Assembly (NCBI GenBank): GCA_965649825.1
Contig: OZ287719.1
Coordinates: 1 to 64,000 of the forward strand
Source of the DNA: Penicillus capitatus
Lineage: Eukaryota; Plantae; Chlorophyta
Length of the DNA: 64,000 bases
Reading direction: 5' to 3'
The position numbers were made by a program, and so were the translations under genes. Under the pieces are notes generated by a model, which did no database searches, was not told where the DNA came from, and was given only the letters and a program-made list of their open reading frames with translations. Shown one piece after another: positions 1 through 9,596 of this stretch; the stretch's first letter is position 1; the number at the start of each line of letters is the position of its first letter.

Positions 1-263
1 CACAGGTTGACGAAGACGGAGACGAGGTCATGGAAGCAGTGGTGGTTTCTGAACGCCGCGGTTCTAAACGCCTTGGCTACGCCGTGGCGTACGAAGATGA
101 GGTGAAGAGGGCAAAGAGGGCAAAGGAGGACCACGGCCTTCGCGACACAGCGGCGAGGAGGGAACGGCTAAGAAAGTTAAAGAAGGCAGACGACGCAAAG
201 CGAAAGGGAGACGGTGAGGCGGAGGGTTCATCCAAGGCCTCTCGGAAGAGGTCGAGGAAGTAG
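1..263 (+). CDS. C-terminal part of the repeat-encoded acidic/basic protein (same as 20915-22036)
   Basis: Translation MEAVVVSERRGSKRLGYAVAYEDEVKRAK...SRKRSRK* is near-identical to the end of ORF 20915..22069. Confidence 0.6.
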   Translation, partial: QVDEDGDEVMEAVVVSERRGSKRLGYAVAYEDEVKRAKRAKEDHGLRDTAARRERLRKLKKADDAKRKGDGEAEGSSKASRKRSRK

Positions 264-1209
264 GAGACCGTTGAAGCGGTGTGGCGTGAGGACTAGGCTT
301 CGTCGGGGGTTGTATCGGTCAGGCCTTTACCTACGGAAGGCGGAACCTTGTCGAGATGGGCGGGCGAGGAGAGAAGAAACGTCAAGGGTCGGCAGAAGAG
401 GATGAGGTGGCGATCTAGTGCGCAACTTGGTGACGTGTGATGAAGGGGAGAACATGGATGGCGAATACACGGTGAGGCCAAAGCACGACGACCATGGAGT
501 GCGAGGAGTGGAGAGCGTGGGGTGATGACGTCTTGGGAACGAGGATTGACGTGGGGCCACGTTCCTCGGTTGACTGCGGCGTGCTGACCGGAGGTTTTCG
601 TTCGCCATGGCTCGACGCGCGTTTTTTCTTTTCTTGAGTGTCTTCGTAGGAAACGTGGTTTTTTCTTTCCCGCGCCAGCGCCGTCTTTCCGTTATCGGTG
701 TGTGTCGTAGGCTTGTTGTTTTTTCTTCTTGTCTTTCCGTTGCCACTGCAAGCACGCTTCGGGTGTTCTGCGTGGATTCTTTTCTCAAGAGCCGCGGTCC
801 GTGAATCTCTTGCGTCGGTTTCGCAACGAAGCTCTGCTTCGTCGTCAGCTTGAGGAAGACGTTGGTGTCCGCGAGGGAGAGTGGTAGACTAGACGGTGTG
901 TTACTTCGCTCCGCGGGGTTTGAATCCGGCGGTAGGTCTAGTGCGGAGGCGCTGGGAATTGGTCTGGGAGATGCGGGAACGGAAGTGTGGTCGGACGGTT
1001 AGATCGCCACGGGACAGGTTTGTGTCGCTTGTCTTGGGATGCCGACGAGACTGGAAAGCGCCCATTCGAGACAAGGTTTCGAATGTTTTGTTTGCCGGGG
1101 GCAACGGAAGAGACGTTGTGTTCTTCGGTCGAATGGTTGAATGGGTTTGTGACGGGCATGAATTGGATAAAGGTATCGGAAGGTGTTCAGGCATCTTTGT
1201 CGCCGTGGA

Positions 1210-1645
1210 TGTTTCTCTGGCAAGACGGGTTCGGCGGCCATAAGCCGAACCGGCTCCATTCGGATTCAATTCACTCTGGCCGTTTCTCTGGCAAGACGGG
1301 TTCGGCGGCCATAAGCCGAACCGGCCCCATTCGGATTCAATTCACTCTGACTGTTTCTCTGGCAAGACGGGTTCGGCGGCCATAAGCCGAACCGGCCCCA
1401 TTCGGATTCATTTCACTCTCTGGCCGTTTCTCTGGCCGTTTCTCTGGCCGTTTCTCTGGCAATTGGGGTTCGGCGGCCATAAGCCGAACCGGCCCCATTC
1501 GGATTCACTGCTCTGGCTGTTTCTCTGCCAAGTCGAGTTCGATCCTTATGAATCGAACGGGATGTTTCCAATCAGATTCACTGCTTTGGCTGTTTCTCTG
1601 CCAAGTCGAGTTCGATCCTTATGAATCGAACGGGCTGTTTCCAAT
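1210..1645. repeat. ~71-bp tandem array: 4 type-A plus 2 type-B hairpin units
   Basis: Type A units contain GGTTCGGC-GGCCATAA-GCCGAACC (at about 1211, 1282, 1353, 1450). Type B units contain GTTCGAT-CCTTATGA-ATCGAAC (about 1519, 1591). Confidence 0.9.
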
Positions 1646-4600
1646 GGTATGTAATGAATGGCATTCCCTATATCTCACTAAGTTCTTGCTTCGCGCGCGT
1701 TTGACGATTGGTTCGTTTTTACGCACACACGATTGACTTTGACGATATAGGTTGGTTCTATGTACGTCCTCTTCGAGAAGGTCTGTCTGTCAGTCATCTT
1801 TGCTGTATCCAAGTTGATAGTCTTCCGGTCCACATTATTCGCACCGACTGGACATCTGCACATGCCATCTACTCACGAGAACACCGTTGCTCGCTGCACT
1901 CAACACGGCTTAAAAGTTCGCGCATAACTCAAACCAGACCTGTAAGAAAACGTAGCAGACAAACCGAAAAGGTATCGCAAAACAAACTAGAGGAACGGCG
2001 CCTCCTGAGTCAGGCGATTGATGTGGGCGTTGATCAAGGAAACTTGTGACACGTCCCGCGCTTCACGAATAGTCGAACGACTTCGACTTCGACTTCGACA
2101 CGGACGAAAAGCATTCGATAAAGTGAATACCTACAGCGAGTTGATCTTCACAAACTATCTAGGAATTTACCACTCCATGGATGGTGGAACAGTTGATGCT
2201 TTACGACGTCTGCGGCACTCTGCGTCTCATTGCTGTGCTACTCTTTCCTATCGGCCGTCGGCGGGCGAAGAGGTAAGAAGCGGTTATTGCTCACCGATAC
2301 ACCTTTTCTCAGCGGAACGGACTCCCCGTATGATGACCGACGTGACAGTGACCGCTCCTTCTTTGTCACATCCGCCACCAGTCCTGGCTTGTCGGCGAAC
2401 CTAAACGCAGCTAGTGTCGCTTCAACGATGATGCTTTCTCGACCTGGTGGCGCTTGGAATCGCGTTCGTCCGTTTTCTGCCGTCGCTTTGTTTGTTTGCG
2501 CCAACGCGAAGGCGTAATGTCCATAGCCTCTCAGTCAGGTCAGATGTCTGGTTCGACACCCGACGCTTCTACGAATCAGGCACTCGCCTGTCTCGACGTC
2601 GGCGGCAGAACATTCAAACTCGCGCGCCGCGCCGTCCGGAACTAGCCTAAGTGAAACTCGTCGCAAAGGCGTTGAGCGAGTGCCCAAGGTCCGGACGGAG
2701 GAACCAGCCCGTGCATATAGACCTCAACCCGAGCTGTTTGTGCGGATACTCGAAATCCACAGACGCGATTCTCCGTGCGAATGATCCAGGGCAAGGCAGC
2801 ACCGCAGACGTGGCGACGGTAAGGGCGGCTCGTCAAGCATGTCCGCCGAGGGTCTGCAACGGGATCTCGATTTCTATCGGATCGCTTCACTGGACGAACT
2901 CGAGCTGCCCGCTGTTTGTCACGTGCCGAGTTCGAGCATATCGGCGGACGCGGTGCCAAAGAAGTCGATAAAAGAAGGGTAGGTGAGATCATAGAGAGTT
3001 AGTGGCCTAGAAGACATGTTTTCCCTGGTGTGTTTACATCTACTACATCATCACCTGGGCATTCTCAGCTCGCAGTTGGAAAACAATCAATCGAAGGCGC
3101 TGTCTCCGTCGAAGCAGCACGTGTCGAGCCTTCGGCTGTCGAAGGTTTAACACGTCATCTGTATTCAAAAAAAGAGTACTCGCTCGCCTCTGAGTGCAGG
3201 TGCCTTCTGTTCTCTGGTTAGAAACTTGATACAGAGCTGTGTGTCATAGATTTGTTCATGTAAGAGAGACACTCATCGCTCCGAGTCTGTTTGGATTGGC
3301 CCAAAGCCTGGCTCACGTCTGTCGTAGATTGCCAGCTGTGCGGGCAGCGGATGACAGCTAAACTAATCTCACGTCTTGTAACTCCACTTGCCTCTCATGC
3401 CTGCGAGGAGCATCAACGCTTAGATTCCAAAAAAGAGTTCCCCTGTCGCGGTCTTCTATCGGCGGCATATGCCCTTTGCATTCACGATTCACACATACTT
3501 CTGAGGAAAGAGTTGTCTTTCAGGCACTCAGTACAGAGGAATCATTTTCCTCTATCTGTTCTCAAAACAGCGAACATCCAGAGTGTGCGGATTTCTCAAC
3601 GCTACTCGCCTTAACATGCTAGCTGGTAGCTGCTTTGGAACTACTTATAGGGGGTGCAGTGAGCGACAAAGACATCTGACCCTTAGGGAGGCACTCCAAC
3701 TCCCCTTAAGTACCGTTCAAACCAGTCCGTCTGTCCGAATGCCGTTGGCGCAACGCACCGAACATCTGCCTGTGTCTCGTTTAACAATCGCCGAAGTAGA
3801 TGGCTGATCCGTGTCTGACAGGGCAACAGCACATTCAGCGACGCCAAGTTCCTCTTTAGCTAACGGAAACGTGACCGAACTTAAACGAACGGCAAAATCG
3901 ACACATGACAGTTGTGCTTGGACAGCTGTTGTTCGCAGCTACTTGGCAGGAGTCGACAGTGAAAGAAGGCTGAAAGTGTCGCCGGTCGGGTCGAACGAAA
4001 ACGATACAACAGCGGAAGACTTTTGTTCACAGAGCAATGTGAAACAAGGTTCAGACGACCAATTATATGCGCGCCTAGGACGCGACTGTCTAGGTCGATG
4101 AGTCATCACGTATCCAGAGCCAGAAGAAAGGACCCCTTCACAGAACAGAGCCCTCCTGATGGGACAACAAGCGTCCTCTTCATCAGGTGACCCATCGCTG
4201 ACGAGACAGTCACATCGCCAATGGAAATCTTGGCGACAGAAAGCACCGCATCACGTAGCCGATCTCTAAGATCTCTGATGGATTCGGGCAGCTGTGATGG
4301 TCGTGTCATTTGCACGACTGCTTCCTAGGCATCCAGTCTGTTCGCACGGACCAGCGTTTCGCGTTCAAAACAGCATCTACGCAATCATCAAGGACGGTGC
4401 ATCCGAGCGGCCCGTCCAACTGTCCGCCTCAACACTCTGTTCAGCTTCCGTCGCCAAGACATGTGGACTCGTCGGAGGCTTCAGCTCATCTTCTTCGCAG
4501 CGCTCGCATGCGCTTTGGTCGACAGCGACGGTAAGCGCGAACACATGAAGTGCAGCGGGCCGGCTTGAAGAACAGCGTGCTTGCTGCCTATGCCTAGTTC

Positions 4601-6277
4601 ACGTCGATGCCTCGGATGGAAGCAGCGAGTCTCTGTGTAGCGGAATGGACGTCGTATCTGTGGCAACGGAGAGGGAACTGCGACGGGAACTCCGTCGCAC
4701 CGAGAGCGGCAGAAAGATCATCCTCGACGCGACCGAGTGGAAGCTCGAGGAGACTCTGGAAATTGCCTCGAGTGAGGTCTGCCTCGAAGGAGCGACGAAT
4801 GGCGTCGTCATACACTGTCCGCCGGACGAAAAGGGAAGTGCCGTCGTCGTCAGGTGCGCCGCGCTTCTTCAGGACGTTTAGCGCATCTTCTTTCCGAATG
4901 CAGGTCGACGCGTGCGGCGTTCTCCGATCTGACCTTTTCAGGTTGCCGTGGACACTCGGCAGTGGTGGTCGAGGCCAGACCAAGAAACGAGACGAAAGCG
5001 AGCGTCGTGTTTGACGGGGTCCGCTTCTCACAGAACGGCGACGTCGCGTCCGAAGTCTTCGGTGCCGGCGTCAGGGCGGATTCGTGTAGAGATGGGAACT
5101 GCAGGGCAAGTTCTCTGCACTTCACGAGCTGTCGCTTTTCAGGAAACCGCGCATTCTTTGGCGGAGCCATTTTCGCCAGCGACGCTGATGTTCTGTTCAC
5201 CGACTGCATCTTCGAGGAGAACGAAGCCGCTGTGTCGGGAGGGGCTGTTTACATCAGCGGCATGCAGCAGGAGGTTGGACTGAAGATGAAGCGAGTGATC
5301 TTCGCTAGAAACAGGGCCTACAACGAGACAAAAGCATTGAGAATGATGCTGAAAGCGTCGATACTATATGCTAACGAAACTTCGAGAACCGCAGGAGTGG
5401 GAGGCGCGGTTCATGCAAACAACATCGCCCAGATCAGAATCGAAGGTTCTGATTTCACTAAGAACGTGGCGTGCGGAGGTGGCGGTGCCATCGCTGTGTT
5501 TAACATGCAAAGGCTGCCGGCTTCGAATCTGAGCTATCCATTCAGTATTGATGATGGAACATTCTTCGAGAACGAAGCCTTCTGCGGGACGCAGCCCGAA
5601 GCATTGAGGTTGTATCTCTTAATTTTCTTCCAGTATCGTCTAGGAGGGGCATTGCGATTCGAAGCTTCAAATGATGAGTTCCTAGGATGGCGCATAAGAA
5701 ACAGTTCCTTCCTGGGAAATCGAGCACACTCAGGCGGCGCTGTTTCTCTTACGTCCGATATGCTCTCCGCCACAGAACACAAATTGGAGTCGTGTATGTT
5801 CGACAGCAGCATCGCTCTGTTAAGAGGAGGAGCGATCCTAATCAGCAGAGTTCGTCTGACAGTGAAGCATTCCAACATTACAAACGGCAGATCTGTGCTC
5901 GGTGGCGGAATCTACAGTCATAACACGGGTCGAGTGACGTTCACCGAGGATACTGAGGATCCATCAGTCGATAGCATTATCGAAGGCAACGTGGCCGGTG
6001 GTGGAGGTGGCATCAGTGCAGACGACAGTAAGTAACGTGCCATTCGCAGAATATGGTTACCATGCTGTCATTCAGGTGCGTTGGATCTCGCAGCTCTCAC
6101 TTTGCGGAACAACACTGCCCACTGGATGGGCGGAGGTATTCGTGCAGAGGATACAAGCGAGGATGTTAACCTCAGCGGCATCACCGTCGAGGACAATCGA
6201 TCGCCGGTCGGCGGAGGAGCTATCTTCCGTTCCCTGTCAAACGTCCTTGTCACATCACACAATGGAAGGCCGACCGT

Positions 6278-6581
6278 TGTCGCGTAGGGTTTTAGATGGA
6301 AACAATTTAAACGGTGGGCGCACGTAAACCTTTGAAACGTAAAGTCTTACAAACGAAAGACAAGATCTGTACATCTACAACGCTTTTATAGGGTACTTTA
6401 TTTTAAGTAACAAAAAGGAATATTCTGCGAAGATTCCGGAATCTGCTTGGAATCTGTGACGTAGAGCCGCGGGTCTATTTGTGGATGGAAGCTATAGAGA
6501 ACCTACGACCTGTCACTTGGAGATCGACACAAGTGTAAGTAGATGAGCGCATTATCGTGAGCGCTACGCCTTAACACGACA
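6278..6581 (-). repeat. 3' LTR (304 bp)
   Basis: Reads identical to 12802-13105; TG...CA termini; contains CTATAAAAG and AATAAA on the minus strand. Confidence 0.97.
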
Positions 6582-6602
6582 TGGGCCCACCTATCTTCTG
6601 TC
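6582..6602 (-). other. Putative polypurine tract
   Basis: Purine-rich GACAGAAGATAGGTGGGCCCA immediately before the 3' LTR on the minus strand; imperfect. Confidence 0.4.
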
Positions 6603-9596
6603 TAATCTCCGAAGGAAGTCACGATGGACATTGTGCAGCGTCGAACCGTTGGGCATACGGATATCCCAACGGTGGTCACTATGTTCCTTCACTACAACAC
6701 AAGGAGAGACCCATTTGGAGTATAGTTTGGAGTCGAGGCGGTCGGCCAACTTTGAGTTGTACCACGAGACCTCTGCTCCCACTTCCATGGGACGGTTCTT
6801 GACTTTCTTGTGGTGTCTTGTCTTATTTTGCTGGTGTGCCTTAATTATTCGTTGATAAGCTAGTCCTCGGTCGGTGTCCAGCTGTTGTGGACTAGTTATC
6901 GTGCCGTTCCGTTGTGTGCCAGTTAGAAGGTATTGTGGACAGAACAGAGTCGTACTATGAATCGTTCGGTTGATTTCATGCACGCTCGTGCTCACATGTG
7001 TCGTCCAATCACCCCCCTTTTCCGCCCATATCCTCCGAAGTCGATTTACGAGGTTTCGGTTGAACGCCTCGACAGTGCCTGCACTTTTGTGGGAATAGGT
7101 TGGGGTGTGTAGAATGTCTATTCCGTGCTGTGCGCAGGTACTCTCGAAGCTCCTGGCAATGAAGGCGCTTCCGTTGTCGCACAGGATCCTCTGTGGAGCC
7201 CCAAAGTTTCGTGCCCATTCGAGTACCAGCTTAATAGCCTGTGCTGCCGAGCACGTCTTACATGGGCGCCCCACGCCGAACTTAGTGAAAGCGTCGATCC
7301 CGGTAGCGATATACCGAAACCCATGGCTGCCACGGTTCAGCGGTCCTATGAAGTCTAGACACAGTGTGTGGTTCGGGGATGGACTGTCAATCATACCCAA
7401 GTCCACCTCAGATCGTGGGTTGCGAAACATTTGGCACGTCTCGCAGTTATTGACGTAATCTCGCACGTCATTGAAGTCGTTCGTCCAGCGGGTACCGTCG
7501 GACCGCAGGTTCAGGAATGTCTTCTTGACCCCGAAGTGGCCTGCATGCGCCTTCTTGATGAGCTCGGTCCGTTCTTCCGGAGTATAGGATACGGAGTTCA
7601 CTTGATATCCCTGTTGCTTCTTCTTGGTGTGAAATTCGACAGGTGCGTTGTCTCTCCATCGGCTGAGAAGATCCGCTATCACGTTGTCCTTCCCCTCTAC
7701 AAAACAGAAGTGGAGACGATCATGGGAAAAGTGGTGCCGGAGCCAGCAATGCTGTCTCTGGATCCGGAGGTCCTTGAACTTGTGCAGGAATGTCGGCTCC
7801 TTGAGCCAATTGACCGTAGCCATGTTGTCGGAGTAAACGAATACCTCCGTCTGCTTGATCACAAAGTAACATTCCTTCAAGGCCCGTACTATTCCCATCA
7901 ATTCTCCCAGAAAACTTCCGACCCTCTGTTTTGTCGTAAAAGATCCAAAGAGAACAGGTTGCAAGGTCGAGTTAAGCAAAACGTATCCGAACTGGTTGAG
8001 TGGGTTACCACACCAATCCGTATACAGATGGAATGGCCCCTTTCTTTCCAACGTCAGTCGGTACGTACTGATGCACAGAGATTGAACTGCGTCTTTGTAG
8101 ATCTCGTCGGCTTTGGTGTAGTCGTTGTGTTCGCGTTTCAGGAATGGCTTGAGCCGTGTAACGATCGCGTCGTATTTGTAACAGTACTGTGCCAGTTGCT
8201 GGCACAGACCCATGGCCTTCTGAACGTCGTGACGTGACGTGATTGTCGGCAACTTCTGGAGTATAGCCTGGGCCCTGTGGTAGGGGTTTAGCGTCCCGCC
8301 ACTGAGTTCGGTACCCAGAAAGCTCACCGATGTCTCAAACCAGTCACACTTTTGGCAGTTGATCGTCAGGCCGTATTCGTCAAAACGTTTTAATAAAAGC
8401 TTGGTCTTGTCTAGGAGTTCCTCCTCCGTTTCGCCGCCGATAAGTATGTCATCGAAGTATCGGACCACATCCAATCCTTGTAGGATGTGGGTCATGCGGT
8501 TATTGAAAAGCTCCGGACTGACGTTGACGCCTTGCGGCAGTCTCCGAAAGCCGTACGTCACGCCGTTCCAATGTAGTGCAAAGAAAAGCGAGATATTGTC
8601 GTCGATGGGGATGGAGCCGTAGCCGTGAACAATGTCCACGATGGTGTATACGGTCCACTTGGGATCCACCTTCTGGATGATGTTGGACACCGGAATGATG
8701 GTCCCCCCTTGCGTTCCTTCGAGGTACGTGTTGATGTCGCGGAAGTCAATGGTGGGCCGGATCTTGCCATTCGGTTTGCGTATAAAGTTTAAAGGTGCTA
8801 CGACAGCGTGTATTGCCTCTGCAACAGACAGCTGTCGTATAACACCCTCCTTGTGTAGCGAATCGATCTCTTTTGAGATCTCTTCGTTGGTGAGATCTGA
8901 GACGTAGTTCTCCCTCCAGCATGGCTTAGGCTCACCGTGCCAACAAAGATCCCTGTTGCGTACCCTGATGTCCCACAGCCTGCTGGTCGTCGGGCGAATG
9001 GTGTCCGAAAAGACCAGGGGAAATTCTTCTCTTAGCCGAGCCACTGTTGCATCCTTGTCTACTGGTGTAAGAACGCTAATGTTGTTAACACGCTTGGTCT
9101 TCACTTTCAGCGGGTACTCCGTTCCATCGACGTCGGTGATGGAATCAATGTTTCCTTTAGCACAGCACAGTCGCATCTTGCTGGTGACATGCTGTGGAAC
9201 ATCGGATTGGTTGAAGATTACCACGCTGATCTGACCATTGGCGTGTACCTTGACTTTGCAGAAGATGTTCTTGTTATGAGTACAGTCGAAAAACGCCCTC
9301 CATTCCGTTGTCTCGGTAAATTTGAAGGGTAAGATGATGCGGCGGCTCCGGAAGGGTCCCAGCACAAAACTTCTCCCCGCCATGAAGACGATCCAGTCGT
9401 TTTGTTTGAACGGGAATAATCCCCGATCGATGGATTCGGTGACTTGGAGTGGTGGTGAAGGTGATGGTTCTTCTTTCTGTCTCGCTCGAGGTGCTTCATC
9501 ATTCCAGTTGGCTCTTACTAGTACCAAACGTTTCGTCTGCGGTTCTTGCGTGTCGTCATGTGCCTGCTGAAAAACAGGCGTGTACCTTAGTTTTTT
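6591..9596 (-). CDS. pol: Pol (pseudo-dUTPase, RT, RNase H, integrase), in the -1 frame relative to ORF1
   Basis: RT: RPTIDFRDIN, LPQG, YFDD. RNase H: LYTD, ELMGIV, YSDN, NVIADLLSR. Integrase: HAGH...CETC, LCLDF, DNG, VEAFNR. Frame is open from the slippery site; the track start at 9527 is a TTG. Confidence 0.95.
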   Translation of the reverse strand, partial: KKLRYTPVFQQAHDDTQEPQTKRLVLVRANWNDEAPRARQKEEPSPSPPLQVTESIDRGLFPFKQNDWIVFMAGRSFVLGPFRSRRIILPFKFTETTEWRAFFDCTHNKNIFCKVKVHANGQISVVIFNQSDVPQHVTSKMRLCCAKGNIDSITDVDGTEYPLKVKTKRVNNISVLTPVDKDATVARLREEFPLVFSDTIRPTTSRLWDIRVRNRDLCWHGEPKPCWRENYVSDLTNEEISKEIDSLHKEGVIRQLSVAEAIHAVVAPLNFIRKPNGKIRPTIDFRDINTYLEGTQGGTIIPVSNIIQKVDPKWTVYTIVDIVHGYGSIPIDDNISLFFALHWNGVTYGFRRLPQGVNVSPELFNNRMTHILQGLDVVRYFDDILIGGETEEELLDKTKLLLKRFDEYGLTINCQKCDWFETSVSFLGTELSGGTLNPYHRAQAILQKLPTITSRHDVQKAMGLCQQLAQYCYKYDAIVTRLKPFLKREHNDYTKADEIYKDAVQSLCISTYRLTLERKGPFHLYTDWCGNPLNQFGYVLLNSTLQPVLFGSFTTKQRVGSFLGELMGIVRALKECYFVIKQTEVFVYSDNMATVNWLKEPTFLHKFKDLRIQRQHCWLRHHFSHDRLHFCFVEGKDNVIADLLSRWRDNAPVEFHTKKKQQGYQVNSVSYTPEERTELIKKAHAGHFGVKKTFLNLRSDGTRWTNDFNDVRDYVNNCETCQMFRNPRSEVDLGMIDSPSPNHTLCLDFIGPLNRGSHGFRYIATGIDAFTKFGVGRPCKTCSAAQAIKLVLEWARNFGAPQRILCDNGSAFIARSFESTCAQHGIDILHTPTYSHKSAGTVEAFNRNLVNRLRRIWAEKGGDWTTHVSTSVHEINRTIHSTTLFCPQYLLTGTQRNGTITSPQQLDTDRGLAYQRIIKAHQQNKTRHHKKVKNRPMEVGAEVSWYNSKLADRLDSKLYSKWVSPCVVVKEHSDHRWDIRMPNGSTLHNVHRDFLRRLDRR

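Larger units (their letters stand above)
1..2460 (+). mobile_element. Unclassified interspersed repeat element, left copy (5' part runs out of the window)
   Basis: Reverse-complement match to about 18510-21176 (about 3 differences in the first 120 bp) and direct match of 565-1187 to 40705-41327. Contains an ORF end and a tandem hairpin array. No transposase or RT recognised. Confidence 0.75.

Noticed and set aside
1519-1640. CTTATGA as a hammerhead ribozyme core (CUGAUGA)
   Set aside because: It has one mismatch, lies inside a hairpin loop, and lacks the stem II-GAAA arrangement.
1210-1645. Hairpin array as a CRISPR array
   Set aside because: The sequence between hairpins is itself repeated, so there are no unique spacers. 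No cas genes; eukaryotic context.
2525-2560. GGTTCGACACCC as a tRNA or SINE B-box
   Set aside because: No A-box and no cloverleaf can be folded.
4854-6035. Pmp-like repeats as bacterial contamination or recent transfer from Chlamydia
   Set aside because: The gene has spliceosomal introns, a eukaryotic signal peptide and TM domain, and a paralog in the window.
7368-8237. 289-aa plus-strand ORF as an antisense gene of the retrotransposon
   Set aside because: It is the shadow of the RNase H/integrase coding strand and shows no motif or compositional independence.
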